This document shows, one piece after another, positions 39,957 through 64,000 of a stretch of DNA of 64,000 nt. The number at the start of each line of letters is the position of its first letter. Within the stretch, counting starts at the first letter, position 1. Source of the stretch: Lingula anatina (Eukaryota; Animalia; Brachiopoda). The notes beneath the pieces were generated by a model. That model was not told the origin of the DNA and did no database searches. It worked only from the letters and a program-made list of their open reading frames with translations. The stretch is from contig CM120642.1 of NCBI GenBank assembly GCA_051362555.1, positions 14,880,001 to 14,944,000 on the forward strand, read 5' to 3'. Both the position numbers and the translations under genes were made by a program.

Positions 39957-41969
39957 CCACACTGAACATGAGAGAAGCTTGTTTCCGATCCTTGTTTACT
40001 ATGAAGCCTCAGATCAAGTTTATTTAGATGCCCCAGCAGACAGCTAGGTGACATGATGGACCACAAGAATCCGAAACTCAGGGGGATTATTGAATCTACA
40101 GGATGCTGGTCTGCTTTGTGATCTATATTGCAGACTTGTATAAATGCAATAATGATTGTTTAGATCAAAAACAGCAGTTTTTTTTCATATTTTCGGATTA
40201 AACGTTGATGTCATACTAAATTTGAATTTATGTATGGAATGTGATAGAAGTAGATTATTACAGTTTTATTTCATATATTATACAATTAGTTGGAGGTAGG
40301 TAGTATCACAGGTTTCTACAAGTAGAACTTTATTATAATTTTTTTATCCAATTTTTTAGACATTGCAACTTAATTGTTAAATTGTCCAGTTTTGTTGACA
40401 TCGACAGTTGATGCATTTTGTGTGCAATTGTTTTTTATTAGATCCACAATGTGATCTGTGTAAATCCTAGTATACATTAACAAAGTAATTGCATTTGTTT
40501 TAGTATTTTATCATCAGCCAACAACTGTAATGTAGGCATTGACAGGTTTTACTTTGTCAAGCATTCAATTTGTTATTTACTAAGCTCTGAATGTGTACAT
40601 ATTGTTACTTAGAGCCACAAGTACAAGAACATATAAGCACAGCAAAGTTGACACATTATATGATGCCAAATAAAATTATTATAAAATGTAGTATATAAAG
40701 CTTATAATAATTGCGTTATACGATGTCCTTGAAAGCTAAACTGTTGTTATGATGACATTTTACTGGTACCAGTAGTTGATCTCATCCCCCCAACTTATAA
40801 GATCTGAATGTTTGACGGAGAACTTTAGGCAGTGTACCACAGACTAGTTTGCTCTGATGACACTAGATGGCATAGGTGCTTTCTTTTGGGAAGTGTTTAA
40901 TATCAGTCTACCATATCAGGTGGATATATAGATCATTTGCCTTAAGAGTAGTTAGAACCATCATGTGGAAGTTACCCGCTACCAAGAATCTACAGCTGCC
41001 TGATATTGTAGACGGGGCAGCACATTCTTTAGTTCACAAGACACTAGGTGGGGTTGGTGTCAAAAGTTCTTGGTAGATTGTCAAAAGCTTTCTGTCAAGC
41101 TCTTGTATTTGAAAAGTTAAGTATCACTTAAATGATTCATTCAATACATTGTACATGTTGTGTAGATGTACCATTGTTACAGTATATTACATTTTTGAGA
41201 GGATTTAGATTTTGACGAAAATGTTCCAAACTGGATTAGAAAATTAAGAAGTACAGTGTGTGTGCCATGTACCTGTGTTGTGTTTATTTCATAATTATTT
41301 AAGTATTGATTAAATAGCAATTCAATATGTTGAGAAAATATCATCTTAGTGTGAGTATTGGTTTACATGGTCAGATTGGTTTCTGGAGCAAGTCATTCCT
41401 CTGAAATCTGGATGACAGCGTTGTTGTATCTTCTGATTGTATCTCAGAGGACGTAGGCATTCAGCTATTAAATTACGTAATAAAATAATTATTGGCCTTG
41501 GCTGAGGTAAGTTTGCCATTTTGCGAACCTCATAAAAGCATTATTGATATCACTTTTCTGAGGTCTGCAAAACAACATAACAACTTTGGTCAGTAATTGA
41601 GTGTATAGTATTCCATATAATTATTTGACTTACAGTTTATCTGTTACATACCCATAAGTGGAGAAAACTTTTATGAAGTCAGAGCTGCATCTGTATTGTA
41701 CAATACCCCAAGTGTTGATCATACACTGGGAAAGAAACTCAATGTAAGCATTCTGGTATTTATTTTCATCAACTACTATTTTCTCCATTTGGGCTGTCTT
41801 TTCTCATGGACATGCACTGAAAAGAATTTTATTATTAATTACAAGTAACTCACAAGATCTCACTTGAATCTCTTTCAATGTAAATCCTATCTCTATTTTG
41901 ATAGCCCTTCCACTTGGGCCTAAAAAGCTTAGTTTATTTGTAGAACAGTTTCATTAGCTATGTTATTGT

Positions 41970-42106
41970 AATAGACTTGTGAAGATTCTTTTTGTCTATA
42001 GCTACTTATATTAGTCTGATCTTACCATCCAATATTTCATCTGCTTATATATACTATCATGACTAATATAAGTAGCTATAGACAAAAGAATCTTCACAAG
42101 TCTATT
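41970..42106. repeat. Long inverted repeat (~47-bp arms), fold-back/MITE-like
   Basis: aatagacttgtgaagattctttttgtctatagctacttatattagtc and its reverse complement, with a 1-nt indel. Confidence 0.9.
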
Positions 42107-43527
42107 GGTTTATTTGCATTTTAATATTAAATTGAATTATGAATGTGTTCAATCTATTTTTATCTCTGTGACATTCTTTTATCTACGTGTTATACACTAA
42201 AAGGTTTTAGATATTAGATAACCTAAAATTTATTGAAGTAAAATATTTAATAATTTTTTCGTTTTAAAGATTGTTTAATGGGTGGATTAAAAAAAAATCT
42301 ATTCAGAGTAATTTTGCTTATTGGTAGTTGACAGTTAATTTTCTTTTAGTTTATCAGTGCACTAATTTTTCATTCAGTTGACTAGTTTGGGTTTCTGTTT
42401 AGCACTAACACTGAATAAATTCATTTCAATTTTTGTCTTTTTTAGTAGTATTTCTCCCAATGGATATAGGAAAACTAGCCTAGAAATAGCTTTCCTTGCA
42501 CCAAAACTTTTACAACTCGATAAATTTCAACAAATAAAATGTAAGCAACTAGGCTTAATATTCAGGCAAGCTACTGCTTTACTGAAAACAGGCTTACAGT
42601 TCAGCTTCAGTAACATTTTATTCAGTACAGTTTGAGAAAAGATCACAATCATATGATTCTATATACCAGTTACAGAGTATGAAAAAAGAAATACGAGTTT
42701 CATAAGCTACGCAAAACATACTAAGCCATTTAAGACATCCTTTCCAGTTGGCATTCAGACATAGATGAAAGAAAAAAAATCGGAATAAAGCACAATACAA
42801 AATATTTCAGAAAATGAAATGATCTCCTTAATCAATTGAATAGCATCACAAGTTGATGTCAGACCAGACAAAGCGACTTGATCACCTGAATGAGTATTTT
42901 CACAACTTTGAGGTCATTTGCACTTAACAGAAAAGCATACAGCCAGCACCAACATGCTTCTATCAATACCTTACATATATGAATATGGTCAAAATCAAGT
43001 CACAGTTGATTAAGGTCTTCATGCACCCAGAACTTGGAGACCTGCTTGTCAATTAATTTCAAGGAGATCAAGGAACCCACAATGGAATAGAACAATATCA
43101 AGACTGTTTTACTTGCAGAGGAAGAACCAAGGAGCTCATTTGTATCAAAATGTCCACTTACATGAGAAGTAAATATAATTTCTATGGCTTCCGTTCCAAC
43201 CACTTTGGGACAAATTTCTTATTGTTGATACATTTTTGTACTATGTTCATATACAATATTGCACCCAGATCATTATTTATTTCATGACAAACCTGCATAT
43301 GGCTGGCCTGACAAACAAAGGAACCCTTATAATTAGTTCTAATAAAGGCATGCAAAAAATAAAGGACAACAATTACAATAGCTTAAAAAAATTTTCAAAA
43401 AAAAAGGTCTATAACCCACTTGGTCCACATTGCACCCTTGGTGTAAAGTCAACTCCTCTCCATCAGTATAAATCTCACTGTGGGTAGAAGAATCAACATA
43501 CATCACTCTGATACCCAGGGTGTCTTA

Positions 43528-43657
43528 GGGCTTATTCCCAATAACACTGTTGGTCTACATAGATCAAGCTAACTCTGCAGGGACTCTTACTGGATGTAAT
43601 CAGGTTAAAAGATTACCACGCCACACGTAGAATGATAATTACATTGGAAATAAGCCC
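43528..43657. mobile_element. Harbinger-like MITE
   Basis: TTA|gggcttattcccaat ... attggaaataagccc|TTA. Confidence 0.7.
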
Positions 43658-44234
43658 TTAGTGTAGCTCTGTGCTTGTTCTTCTACAGTTATTTCATAAA
43701 TGAACTCACTTCTTAATTTCAAGTATACAAATGCACTGAAAATAGCGAACAATTTTTTTTTGTTTCTAATATTGGTACTGCTTTACCCTATTTTTCACAT
43801 AATATATGTATGTATGAACTGTTAATGAAGTATTATTAAACCATTATTGATATCCTTCTTTGTATATTATATTATATTATATTATATTATATCACTCTTA
43901 ATCCACACTGAAGTGTTTTGATGGATGATAGTTTTGTTCTCTTTAACAGTATGGTTTACAAAAAAAGGTGTACAATTGCCAGACCCAAAAGCTGAAATTT
44001 GTTCAAACACCCCAATGTATTTTTAAAAATTGCCTGCAGATCTCAGCAGTACTGCTTCATTCTAATCTACACTAAACTCAACACTTGTGTACCAGTGTCT
44101 GCGTCCTCCAGTTCAATGTTAGTCATTGTGAGACAGGCATGTTATTGGAGACCACAGAATCCAGACTGATACTTCACAAACTATTCTTTTATGGTACTCT
44201 GTATGCATTGATGTTGCATATGCCACACTTCATA

Positions 44235-44342
44235 CCCAGCAAACACTTCACCTTCAAATCACTTGGCCAGCATGTTGCTATGACGTTATAATGTAGTAGC
44301 AACGTGCCAGCCACGTGATCCAAAAGTGACGTGTTTGCTGGG
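44235..44342. mobile_element. Short CMC/EnSpm-like MITE
   Basis: cccagcaaacac ... gtgtttgctggg TIRs around a palindromic interior. Confidence 0.65.
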
Positions 44343-44455
44343 TGTAAGTATTGACACTAAATAACTAGCCCAGTTATACAGAACTATATCTACCTTACAC
44401 CATTGGCACCATATGCACAAGTGTTTCCCCATTCTTGTAAAATCACAGAAATCTG

Positions 44456-44592
44456 GGCCCCGTATCTCGAAAGCATCACGCACTGCGACCGTGCGCTAGT
44501 GTCTCGATTCCATAACTCGCCCCATATAATACTCTGTAGCCTCTATTTGATATCGCTATTCGCAATACGCGATGCTTTTGAGATACGGGGCC
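44456..44592. mobile_element. MITE with 3-bp CTG target duplication
   Basis: CTG|ggccccgtatctcgaaagcatc ... gatgcttttgagatacggggcc|CTG. Confidence 0.8.
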
Positions 44593-46708
44593 CTGGGCTG
44601 CAATACAAAATGCTAACACAGACCAATTTCATCCGAGCCAGAACCTAAGATGCAAAGATTTGATAATCAAATAGTGCAGCCCAGTCTTAAAGGAGACCTC
44701 TTAATCATGCTTACAATACACCACTTGTAATTGTAAGAACTTTTTATAGTGGCACACACATAAATAAATGTTAAGATTCACATCTTTCATTTATGACAAT
44801 TCTAAAAATATCAGCCAAAGTTATAAATTTAAAATTAAAATTTTACTGGCATCTTTCCCTACTTTGCCACTGTACTTGCTTTAGATATTGGAGTTGTGGC
44901 TTCACACAAACACAGTGAACTACACTTTAACAAAGACTATACATCTACCAAGATGCACACAATTTGTGGCATAAAGTTCCCCATTTCTTATCTCTTCATA
45001 CAAAATGTACATTTCCAATATAATATCAAACAATTCAGTTACCACAATTTTATATCATAGCATTACAACACGGGGATACCCATGGCATCAAAGTCTAATG
45101 ATTACGGGTGCAGTGTATAAATTGATAGTAAACCAAACATTTACCAAAGGCCATTACTATGTCACTTAAAAGGTAACAGTGCGGTGTTAACATTAAAATA
45201 AAAATTGTCCTTTAAATTAATTTTGTGCCTATTCTATTGTTCAATGTTGTACCTGATACGTGAACATTACAGATTGTACAGTTACTGTAATGTTATACTG
45301 TTTGATGAGATTGTCTGTGTACTTAGTAGTGACAATGACAATATGTTCCTACCACACAGTATCTAAGCATACTATTGCAGACATGAGCCTGGTTTTTTTT
45401 TTAATTATCCTAATCTGCTGGGGGCCTGGTGTTGCCTAAGATCCCATTTGAATTTCATGAAAAATCTCGAAATCCCGTGGAAAAATTACATCTGAGGTTC
45501 GAGCACAAAATCATCAGAAGACCCTCCATGTGAGGCATAATCTCATTATGTTCAACCAACTGACCAGAGCAACTAGATTGTCTTTATGAACATAAATAAT
45601 TTTAATTTTAATAATTTGTGAATAATAATTGTGATACTCACAAAATGGAACCATGCTTCACTGCTATATGAGCCATTTAATATGCCTTTTTCAGGGATGA
45701 GACCCACCAATGCCACCCAAAAAAAAGCCAAAATTTCCCCGACATTCGAAAGATCTCATCCCTTTCATGACGTAATCCCTTTCTTTTTCAGTACTGACTA
45801 TGGTGGAATTAAAGGCAAATCAGTTTTTACAGGAAGAATACATCTGATGACTCATTGTGCTGCATACCTGCTTTAAACATTATCTGCATGATGTAACGTG
45901 CAGTCTCAATGCTTTGGGTGCTCTTCAGGTGAGAAAAACATCTTGACTTTCTCTAGCAAAATACCTTTTAGCCAAATGCTTCACATTTTACAAACAGGCT
46001 AAGGAAAATGTAAAATATTTCATTAAATGGATAACATTTTCCAAAATTGCTAAGGAAAATGTTAATCATTTCACCTATCTTTTTGACTCATTTTTAACCA
46101 ATTTTTCTACACACACCTTCTTTGGCTAAATGTAACTTTGTTGTAGTGAAGCCTGGAGGATGCTTACAAATTCTGAACAAATACATCGACAGAACTACCA
46201 AACATTACAACAACAGCCATTGCAATATTAATCAATGGATGGTATTACTGTCACTGGCATTTGTTCCCAGTTCCACAGCAACCCGCAGAGTCGATTTCAC
46301 TTTCAAAAATGATTACCGCAATGGTATTCAATACTTGTATGTTATTGTAATCTGAAGAAAATTCCAGTTTCTACCTCTGCAATGCCAGCAGACCTTCAAG
46401 ATTCATGCTATTCTACATGTTTAAATATATGTATATATAATAATGCAAGGTGCTCACTATATCACATACAAGTAGCATTTTTTATGTTCTCCAACCCTCC
46501 ACTGTATAGTAGTTTTCACCCTGAACACTTTGTAATGCCCCTTCTCATGATAGTAATGCCCGTTTCCATGAAACTAATGTCTTGCCACTAGACTATGTCA
46601 AAATGACCAATTATACCACATGCCAGAGTCACTTCATCCTCAAACCCATCATGGCCATGTTTATGTGTGTACAAGTAGCCTTCAGTTACAATCAAATTAT
46701 TTCATGGC

Positions 46709-59129
<12,421 letters not shown>

Positions 59130-59445
59130 CTGAAATGATAAAAAGCCACTTCTTTGCAAGACTCCACTAAACATGACAATATTTTCATTTGTATTTTATT
59201 TAAAATATATCATTTTATATCCAATGTGCCTAATAAATGCAATTTTCATCATAATCATAACTGTTCTAATATTCAAATGAAAATCGAATAAAAATTAAAG
59301 TTTTTCTTGGAAACTTATGCATAGTGACTATTATAATATTTATTACTTAATTGTACTAAGTCAGACAAAAAAAAATGGAACAAAAAATTATCATGAAGAG
59401 TATCATGATAAGAGAAGCAAGTACTAGTAATTGGGCTGTCACAGC

Positions 59446-59643
59446 TTTAGATCGATTCAACTAGATCGACCTAACTCCCTGGGGATTTACGCTAAATAGC
59501 TGTCAGCCGAGCGCGCACTATAGTTAATTACCCCCTTACAGCTTTTAGTAGGTGGGACAGACATTTAAGCCAGCTAAGCTGACAGTAATCTAGTGAGACT
59601 CCCCACAGGGATAGATCAATCTAAAATCTGTGGGAATGGGGTC
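59446..59643. mobile_element. MITE, same family as 51781-52015, opposite orientation
   Basis: Shared sequence described above. Confidence 0.6.
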
Positions 59644-60481
59644 TAAGTGAAAAAATTAATGTGGTGGCCTAATCCGATATATGTTCTGGTAAGCTAAGTT
59701 ATGCATGCAAAGTTTTGTAGCTTCATTGTTCTCCACTAAGTAGTGGGATGTAGACAAAAGACTTCAAAAGGTTCAACACCACTACCCATTTACATAACGA
59801 CCATCTTTTAACAATACATAACCTGTTTAATTCAGTCATAAAAACAGACACCTTCACACAATTTACTAATGATTAGATTTATTGCCACCAAGAGATTTCA
59901 ATGAATAATCAACAAAGCCTTCTTCCACTTTATCATTCACATGATTACATCCACTAGGAATTTTTATCAAGGAGATATTAATCAAAATATCCTCTGGAGC
60001 TAGACTCATAATACACCCAGCTGTTTGCTTTGACCCGATTCAGCTGATATATTCTAGGTAATATCATGGATGAAGGTTGTAAAAAAACCGACAATTCTGA
60101 AAATGTAGCTTGCAATTTCTCATCACATTTGGACCATATGCAATAAAAGTGTCTAAATGAAGACTAAAAATCCTGAAATCAGGCATAATCCTGAAAACTT
60201 TCACCCATGTAATATTCATTTGAAAATACATCACCAACAGTAACACATTCAGCTTATAACCATGAACTGTAACCGGATAAGAAATTAACAAATAGATGAA
60301 AAACAAACAACTCAGAAGCAGTTGTGAACAATGCTTCTGATCCCTCCCTGTTACTGAGTAAACACATTATTTGTTTTCTCAGTTACAGGATGATACATAA
60401 AGCAGTGGTTGTCTCCAGATGACAAATCAACAAGAGGCAGGAAAGTATAGAAAATTGTGTCATGTGCAGCAGTATGGACCT

Positions 60482-60688
60482 TAAACCCCCTTTACGCTGG
60501 ATGCCGTCCTTTCTGCGTTTTTTGTGCAACTAAAAAACTGCCATCCCTGTGGTCATAGAAAGGAGGCACAAGATCGCTTTGGTTGCAAGATGAATGCTCA
60601 ATGATCAACCAGTTGTAAGCACTTAAATTATTTCTTTTTACTCTCAAGTGGGGCTGTAAGGACGCCATCTAGTGTAAAGGAGGCTTTA
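60482..60688. mobile_element. Harbinger-like MITE, inverted copy of the 16991-17202 family
   Basis: taaaccccctttacgctgg..cgtccttt..ctgtggtcatagaaaggagg matches the reverse complement of 17100-17205. Confidence 0.75.
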
Positions 60689-63600
60689 CCTCCAGCTCTG
60701 CCAGATCTGCTTAACCACCAGGTGTGATGGTGTGCATTACCAATGTTCCATACACTGGATAACTTTAGAGCCCATACACAATGGAACTATATACTAGAAT
60801 GAAAGTTTAATTGGAGACGGGTCCTTGGGCACAACCCACTGGTTTAACACTTTGACAAGCGACCTGATATATATTTTTGTGTTTCAGCTAACAATGGCTA
60901 ATTATAAAATCATGTGAAAATAGTGGTAAAACTATCTGGTATACTAGCACATTCTTGCTAGATCTAGGAGTCATGTAGCCCTGTTTATGCTGATGGTTCA
61001 AACATTATGATTTCTGTGAAATCGTTATTAGTAAGTTACACTGCTGTTATCCAAAAATTGAACAGATTTAATTGAAAGAAGCAATGAATTAATTTGCAGT
61101 CTTTTTTTCCTGGTACCAGTATTCAATAATTTCGAAAACTCGGCTGAAGGCCACCTAACTGGATAATGATCACATGGAGCCTCTCTTGTGAAGTTAATCA
61201 ATATCAGTCTGAGTAGACAAAGACTATATAAACTGTCAGAGCATGCAATGCATTGTGTGTATCATCAGGTTTAATTGCCATTACCATGGCTTCTGGTATC
61301 TTAATACTTAGCAGAGACAATGAGAGAAGGAAGTTAAGTAACTGAAAGACATTAAGGCCATGTGGATCATCCAAAGAGACTGTTTGTGCGGCCATATTTG
61401 TCATTGCTGTAACAATAGGTTTTTACAATCTTAACGCCTTTTCATACACTGAAGCACATGAGTAAACAATTGTTTGTGGTTAATTGCTTGTTAACATTGG
61501 AGTGACAATGTGGATATCTTACATTTTTCATTATGATTGTGCTTTCAGTAGGAATGATTAATAAACTGATTAAATAATGATTGAAATGATCCCACCTCAT
61601 ACAAAGAACACATTACATTCTACATTCCAATGCTTGAATAAAATATCATTATGTAACATTTAATGTGTAGCTACTACATATTTCTAGTGCAGCATCAAAT
61701 AAAACTGTAAGGGCAGTTCTATTACTGCATCCCATCCAACCATCTGCAAGTGGCTCTCATTACTAATAATTCCTCATAGAAAAGGATTCTTCTCCGGAAA
61801 ATCAATGTTTTGTCTGTGGCACATGCCCATGGCAAGGAAGTAACAGTAAATCTTGGGAAAAGAAACACTTTGCTTTTCTGGCAAACAGTTCAAGAAAACA
61901 ACTACATTTTGAACAAGAAAACAAGAATGATTATTGGGTTCTGCAGCACAAGGAAACAGCTGCAGATGCTTAATGTGTCGATATATAGCATGCAATCTAG
62001 TAGTATGTCTCATCATATCATCTAAGTGTTATCAGATGAACAAAAGAACACAGCTGTCTGTCTAAGAGTTACTGTTGCCAAAGGGAAGCAATAATGTACC
62101 ACGTTTAAAGATAACCACATACTAAATGTCTGCAACCCAAGGAATGTTGCATTAAATGGAAGTTTTTTTTTTTTTTTTTGGTTACAATTCATTCATTGTC
62201 AAAAAATAAATTGAATAATTCCATGAATCTTTATTGCACTTATCTGTCATTCTATATAAAAGTACACTTACAGCACTTTGCATGTACATAAGTGAATTAT
62301 TAAACACATTCAAAAACAGATTCACACATTTATTAAATCCTAAAGTGAACAAAATTAAAAAGAAATCAGTTACTGCTATCAAATGCTAACTCTCTATTTT
62401 ATACTGTACCATTAGTAACTGCACCAGTAATCAAACCCTACATGTACATATGATGGCAATATGAAGCCAATCGGATTTTCCATCTTAGTAAGGAATAAAC
62501 CACTGCTTCCCAGATTCAGACTTAACCTCGATTTCACACCATGGACCTCCCCCCCTCCCCCCCCAATCCCCTCCAGGTTGCAACAAAAGTAAAATTATAG
62601 TTTGGATGATACAAAGCCCACATGGCCAAAGATATTTACCACTTGACAAATAGATCATAAGATCACTTATAAAAAAACTTATTTCTGGGTGGCACAAAGG
62701 TCAGATCATTTCTGCCAAAGTGTAAATCTCCTGTTGAAATTTAGAACTGTCAATATATGTTTTACACTAACATACTCAAAGTACTTCAATATACAAATAT
62801 GCATTTGTTGGATTCTGCTTCCAAGCTCCATTTTTACAAAAAGTATTAGCTTATGTTTCCTAGACCAGAGAAATAAACTTATCAAAACTTGCACGTTTAC
62901 ATAAACAAACTTATTAATTCTGTTTCTGGACACACCAAGTCCTTCACTGGCTCTTAATCTTCATAACTTGACATGATAACATACTTGACCTTGCTCGTGG
63001 CATGTCAAAAAGGAGAAGTTGCTGAGATATCCAGTGGGCACAAAGCTCTGTGACATCATTTGAAACATCTCCCTCTGTTTGTGCTCTGGGTTAACCCTGA
63101 GCTAATCCACAAGACCAAATATCAAGAGTAAACAATGAAGGCTAATGTGTTAAAATCAAACAAGGTCAAGCATTATTGTGTTCCAAAAAATTCACAAACA
63201 TGCAAGTTCTTGTCTTGTGCACGTGGAAGGAATATTCTTGTGCTCTGGTTCAAAAGGTGAAAAAGTGTGACAAAAAACAAATCACATTTCAAAACCCTTT
63301 TTGGGCAGATTTTGGCAATAATGTTCCTAGGTATAGTTATTAGCAAAGCTGAGCAACATTATTACTTGTAGATCTATATTGGACAGCCCTCTTCCCCACC
63401 CACATCCACTTACAACCATATTACTTATACAATCTAGATACCCCTCCCCCCCCCACCCACCCATCCCACACACTCCCCATAATCTGTAGTAATTAATTGC
63501 AACCTTCAGTATCAATGCGCATATTATATCTTAAATAATAATAATAGATTAACCTTATTTTATTGAGCAATATAAAACTGCAAGCATTATACAAGAAATT

Positions 63601-64000
63601 ATCACAACCTCATACTTTCATTAATGCACATTGAACAGCTGCAGTGTTCACCAGTGACAGCCTGGCTGAACCACCTGATAGGAAACTAGCTCTTTGTTCA
63701 GCTGCAGGGCCAACATACTAGTAGTTACAATATTTCATACACCTAACATAAAAGCAGAGATAAGGGGTTGAATCCTGACACTATTTATAATGTCAGAGTA
63801 GCATTTAACCACCCACTCCTTTCCATTTTTTTTTTTTTTTTTGATCTTCAGCAATGCAGGACTTCAGCCATGTCAGTATCAGGTTGTTTATTAGATAAGC
63901 TATCTAACCTCCCCCTCACCATAATATATCACCACCCACCCTTAAATTATTGGAGTTAAATGGTACAATAATGAGGGGCATGAATAATACCAAAATAACA

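Noticed and set aside
59130-64000. First coding exon of the SGPP-like gene
   Set aside because: No convincing exon with a phase-0 donor and SGPP-like sequence was found; it probably lies beyond the window.

Overview
AT-rich, intron-rich animal genomic DNA; the repeat types suggest a mollusc or other lophotrochozoan (inference). I assembled four spliced genes by hand from splice sites and protein motifs. (1) The 3' part of an ARHGAP6-like RhoGAP (+, 872-25544, ending ETLV*). (2) A complete ALG5 (-, 31727-27785, 324 aa). (3) A Sec14/CRAL-TRIO lipid-transfer protein (+, 34646-39956, 227 aa), head-to-head with ALG5. (4) The 3' part of a sphingosine-1-phosphate phosphatase-like PAP2 gene (-, 59129-46709). 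Introns and intergenic DNA hold many MITEs, a Helentron/HINE-like element and a ~9.3-kb non-coding insertion bounded by (CA)n tracts, with 11 copies of AACCGAGGAC at its ends. Most notable are a pair of paralogous 76-nt mutually exclusive exon candidates in the SGPP-like gene, the apparently microsatellite-targeted composite element, decayed tandem copies of exon boundaries in all four genes, and a GAG 3' splice site in ALG5. Most ORFs in the supplied track are spurious. Coordinates were counted by hand and may be off by a few nt for repeats.
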